Shown here piece by piece: positions 59,161-64,000 of a stretch of 64,000 nucleotides of DNA. The number at the start of each line of letters is the position of its first letter. Position 1 is the first letter of the stretch. The notes under the pieces were generated by a model, which saw only the letters and a program-made list of their open reading frames with translations, did not search any database and was not told where the DNA came from. The translations under genes were made by a program, and so were the position numbers. Source of the stretch: Selaginella moellendorffii (Eukaryota > Plantae > Lycopodiophyta); assembly GCF_000143415.4 (NCBI RefSeq), contig NW_003314271.1, positions 682,001 to 746,000 on the forward strand, in the 5' to 3' direction.

Positions 59161-62100
59161 TGCGATCGCAAAAAGGCTCCACCATTTATCAATCCTTTGT
59201 GCCTGCCCTATTTTAGATTCCGCGCCGTATTTTAAATTCAATTTGATCCCGATCCAACGGCCTCGATTCGAGCTAGGGCTAATCTATTTTTCCTGTTAAT
59301 ATATTTGCTTGTGTAATCGTAAACATAATTATAGAAAATTTTAAAGGAAATTTTACCTTTTATATCATTTTTTTATTCTATAAAGCAGTTTTCAGATTTT
59401 CAAGTTCCAGGATGCCTCAGTCTTCAGGTTGTTAGCGGCTTCACCGCTCAGTGATGGAAACCTATTTAGCACTACAGCGTGTGAGCCAAAAGAGATATTT
59501 TTTAATGTGGAGCGAAGAGAGATCCCTACCAGCCAATTGCACCTGGAACTCCCCACACAATTTTGAGGCACACAGGATGTGCATAGATTGTGGATGTCTC
59601 CTCTAGATTCCTCTCTTGCCTGTGGATGTCTCCTCAAAAGTTCCTCTCCTTGCTGCATTGTGATGCCTCCCGTTAAACACCTCCCATTAAACACCATCCT
59701 GTTTCAGTGTCTCTCCACGTAGCTGGCAATGATGTGGCATGATTACATGGCACTTCTCTCTTTCCACTCCCGTCCGACTCTCTCTCGAGTGCTGCCACAC
59801 AACAATACTTCTAATCACTTAACTTGGACCAAAGTCTATTTCAGAGGACAGAAAAAAGGGTTCTTTTCCTTTGCACCCAATGCCAACCAGTGTGTAAATA
59901 TCTCTTTGCTTTGCTCTTCAGGATTGGTGGACTTTGGGATACCCTCTTCTGTAGGGGGTTTTAAGTTCTTCTTTGGAATGGAAATGCTCAGCAGCAGCAG
60001 TAGCTCGATTAGAAGTGCTCTTTTTTTTTGCTCTCCAAGGGGCAAGCAATAATGATAAAGCACATGATTTTATTTCTAACACACTGGGCGAGATTCCAAA
60101 CATGGTGGATTTGATGCTGAGACTGGATATATGAAGCGCCTCCCGTTAAGTCGGAGACCTTTCAGGCACCTTATAAAACTTTGTCTCTATGTATAACTTT
60201 GTTTTAGACATTTGTATAATGATTACAAACTTGGTAATGGATATATCTAGAATATGCTCCAATGGTAAATATGCATATTTTTATAAATTAAAAACATGTT
60301 TAAAATTTATAATCATTCTTAAACATCTAAGAAATATACCATGAATATCCAGGTATATCCTAATATATATTTTTTTTCTCTTAAACTTTTAATTCTCTAA
60401 TTCGTTTGTAATCAGTGTTTAAATTTATTTTTCTACTTTATATTTAATATAAACCATGTTTAAATTCATAACTGTTACTGAAATCTTTCAAAGAAAAGAA
60501 AAAGAAAAGGAAATGTGCATTACTACCACTTGATTTGCTTGTAATATGAGAATTTAACTTATCAGGACATCTTTTTAATGTATTTCTTCACAATTCTTCC
60601 CATTGGAAGTGGTGAATTTAAATCTTTGCACTTGAATGTATCTAAGAATTAGAGGAACCTACTATTAAAGCTACTAAGGGCTGCAAGATCATCACCACCA
60701 TTGTTTATGATAGGACTAAGGTTTCCAAGTCTTAGATCACCTAAAAAATGAAGGCCTTCCCACCACCTTCCCACCAATGATGATATTGATATAAGAAATT
60801 TTCAATTGCATTTTATCTAACCATCAAGTAGAGATTGAGAACTTCCATGCCACCTCTACCACTAACACAGCCTAAATCAAGAGGATGTACTCATATATGA
60901 CTACTCCAAATTCAAGACTTTATTTCAGCAAATCCCATGATTTGGTTGTGTTCTTCAAACCTAGTGACTCTTGCTATATTTCTAGAAGAATCTAGGGATG
61001 TAAGAGATTATAATCAAAATTTATAGATAAATAATAATAATAATACCTATTGCATCATTAAATATTGAAACTTTAATTAGAAAGATGTTTTTTTTCATGT
61101 TTTAGGAAAAGAAAATATCAAAATTATCTTTTAATTAATATAAAATTAGACTTTATGTTTTGTTGCAATTTCCTTGGTATAATAGTTTAGCTTGACCATG
61201 GAGTGGTAATTGATTCATCACAAAATAGGAGAACTTAAATTCATGCACCAATTTTTAATGCATGTTTTTATATGAAATTTAATCTAACTAGTGGATTTTG
61301 ATTTATAATTTTGTTATATCTTTCCTTCTGGCACTAAAGAAAAGTATGTAAAATTCAGAAAAAAAAACTCTTAGATTTTTAATGCAAAGACAATGGGGAA
61401 TAATTGTATAAAAGATAATTTTATGTTAAAGCTAATTCCAGAAACTAATTATAGTATTACATATTATCATAAATAAAATTTTATTACAGAAATTTAATAT
61501 GTATAAATTAAAATATGAATGTGATACTAACTAATATTTATAAGGTTTAGAAAAATATAAGTTTATTTTTTTATTAAAAGCACAATTTTGATAGTATAGT
61601 TTAACCAATTTAATATAAAAGTGATGGTAAAATGTAAAATTAAACTTTAACTAAGAAAAATATTAAATTTAACTTAAATTTCTGCATAACTTATAATTTG
61701 TTATAAAAATTCAATTATAGCATTTCTTAAACAACTAAAAATAAAAATAAATTTTTTATTTATGATAGATATTTGAGTCTTATTGGATATGAATTTATTT
61801 ATTATCTATAGTTTAAGTAAAATTTTTGAGTACTTAATACATCATAATTAAGCATAATTTTTCATAAAATAAATCATTATTAAATATTTAATTTATATAA
61901 ATGTATATGATAATTAGAAAAACTTGTACTTGAAGGAAACAGATTTAAATTAGATACTAAAATTCATTGATAAAACATAATATATTCCAAAATATTTAAA
62001 TTTATATGAGAGTCATTTTTATAATTTTAAATTGACTTAATACTGATCAAACCATTACTAAAGTTGAGGTATTTTACTCAATTTCATTAAGGTTGGTAAT

Positions 62101-62864
62101 GTTTTTTTGGCGTTTAAGGAACTCCCAATATAAATCTAATAATAATCTTTATGAAGATTATGTTGAATTTAAAATTTGTGATTAAAATATTAGATTTATT
62201 TAAACATATAATGTTTCTATTTTATATTTCTAAATTGATGTTTTTTTAAAAAAATATATTTTGTTTAGTTATAAAATACATTTTTAACAATATAATTAAA
62301 TATAATTAAATGTTAATTTTTGTGAAAAATTTATGGTACTTATGTTAGGGTTAGGCTTAATAAATAAGCACAACAGAGCAAAATTTCTTCATAAACATTG
62401 GCAACTCTGGAAAATATGAAGTCACATAAATATTTATTTATATTCATATCTATGTGTTTATTTAGTTTTTTTAAAATATTATTTTAATAGTATTAGTATC
62501 TCTTAAAAACATTTGAGAAGAAGTTTATTTTTAAATTCTAAATATAAAGAGTATTTTTACATAGTTTTTTCTAAAATTTAGTCTATGTAATCATGAAATA
62601 TATAAATTAAAATATTAAAGTGTCAAATAGTAAAACTAATTCAGATGTGAAATTTATCGCTTGATCTAAAGAGTAATAAAAATGTTATAAATAATAATTT
62701 TATAGAATTTATTTAGAAATATTATAAATTCACTATTGTTTATTCTTCCATTAAAATTTTTTTTCTTAATTGACTTTAAGAAAATGTTTTTGACATATAT
62801 AATCTAAGTTTATATTTATGAGCTTTTACCAATTTAATTATAGTTTTTAAGTTGCAGAAAATAT

Positions 62865-64000
62865 TTAACCGGAGTTCTCTGCATAGATGTTAGACAGGAG
62901 CGTGTAGGGAGTATCAAGAGCTTGGCGATGGAGGAGCACAAACTTGGAGGCCCTCTCAGCTCTAGCACGGTCACTGTGCGTCTTACATGCGCTCAGCAAG
63001 ATCGTCCAGGACACAAGATCAGGAAGAAACGGCATGCCAAGTATGAGCTCCTCGGCCTCCTCGAGCCTCCCGGCCCGCCCCAGCGCGTCCAGCACGCAAT
63101 GGTAGTGCTCCACCACCGGGACGATGGCGTGATCCTGGATCATCGCTCGAAACTGGCGCACCCCCTGCGCCATCTTCCCGACGTGGCTGGCCGACGTGAG
63201 GATCGAAACCATCGTCACCGCGTCCGCCTCCATGCCCTCCAGCTCCATCACCCGGAACAGCTCCAGCGACTCCTTGTAGCGAGCGGTGCGAGCATACGCC
63301 GCGATCATCCCGTTCCACGACACCGTGTCGCGCACCGGCATGGCATCGAACAGCTCCTTGCCTCGATCCACAAGCCCGTGCTGGCAGAAGATCGCGATCA
63401 TGGCGTTCCAAGGCAGTACCAAGCTCTTGTGATGAACCGGCATCGTCTCAAAGAGCTCCACTGCCACCGAGAGCTGCCGGTTGTGCGCGTAGGCCAGGAT
63501 CATCGCTGTCCAGGTGACCGCGTCCCTGTCCGCCACCCCGTCGAAGATCTTCTTGGCTCGATCCAGCTCGCCGTGCTGCGCGAACGCCGTCAGCATCGCG
63601 GTCTTGGCAACCGACGTTGGCTCCGGCATCCTCTCGAAAAGAAGCTTGGCCGACTCAAGCTCCCCGGCCTGAGCATACGCCTGGATCATGGTCGTCCACG
63701 AGATCCTGTCACTCTCCGGCATCGCCTCGAAAAGCCCACGAGCCTGGCTCAAGCACCCGGCCTCGGCATTCGCAGAAACCATCGCGTTCCACGACACCAC
63801 GTCCCTCCCCGGCATCAGACCGAAGAGCTCCCTGGCTTGATCCAGCTGCCCGTTGCTGGAGAAGGCTGCGATCACTGCGTTCCACGACACCACGTCCGGC
63901 TCTGGGATCCGGTCGAAGAGCTCTTTGGCCTGGACCACCCTCTTGCTCACTGCGTATGCCTGGATCATCGAGTTGAGGCACACCACGTCCCACTCAGGCA
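62865..64000 (-). CDS. PLS-class PPR protein with E domain, 5' end outside the window
   Basis: PLS/SS repeats; HYHCVLDALGRAGRLEEA..MPFLPDLVSWTILLSAC..PYTLLSNIYA. Confidence 0.93.
   Translation of the reverse strand, partial: PEWDVVCLNSMIQAYAVSKRVVQAKELFDRIPEPDVVSWNAVIAAFSSNGQLDQARELFGLMPGRDVVSWNAMVSANAEAGCLSQARGLFEAMPESDRISWTTMIQAYAQAGELESAKLLFERMPEPTSVAKTAMLTAFAQHGELDRAKKIFDGVADRDAVTWTAMILAYAHNRQLSVAVELFETMPVHHKSLVLPWNAMIAIFCQHGLVDRGKELFDAMPVRDTVSWNGMIAAYARTARYKESLELFRVMELEGMEADAVTMVSILTSASHVGKMAQGVRQFRAMIQDHAIVPVVEHYHCVLDALGRAGRLEEAEELILGMPFLPDLVSWTILLSACKTHSDRARAERASKFVLLHRQALDTPYTLLSNIYAENSG

Overview
Eukaryotic, intron-containing plant DNA. Very short GT-AG introns (mostly ~50-100 bp), tight gene spacing, GC-rich exons, several PLS-class PPR genes and AT-rich transposon islands point to a lycophyte, most likely Selaginella (inference). 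Genes in order: a RING/IBR + MYCBP2-type RING-Cys-Relay (RCR) E3 ligase, two tandem secreted cyanovirin-N-like (CVNH) genes, an AT-rich bulb-type (GNA) lectin with a probable premature stop, a PLS-E PPR, a USP-like/PERK-related kinase, an extra-large G protein (XLG), a DYW PPR and its deletion-riddled partial copy, a PGAP1-like deacylase, SPT2, a small Pro-rich protein, a conserved plastid-type unknown, MFL1, a stand-alone membrane-anchored tomosyn-type R-SNARE, a divergent intronless MRS2/CorA and a 5'-truncated PPR. Transposon islands: a decayed Ty3/gypsy element with both LTRs, hosting 5S-rRNA-carrying Cassandra TRIMs; a decayed, rearranged Ty1/copia containing a foldback insertion; a MITE-like hairpin; and a triplicated gene-fragment module with hairpins and inverted repeats at 49-56 kb. 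Best leads: (1) the RCR ligase with both relay cysteines conserved and fused to RING1-IBR; (2) the mini-tomosyn; (3) the mannose-lectin cluster; (4) the Cassandra elements, one with acquired terminal inverted repeats; (5) the all-in-frame microhomology deletions in the PPR copy. Family assignments come from recalled motifs, not database searches.
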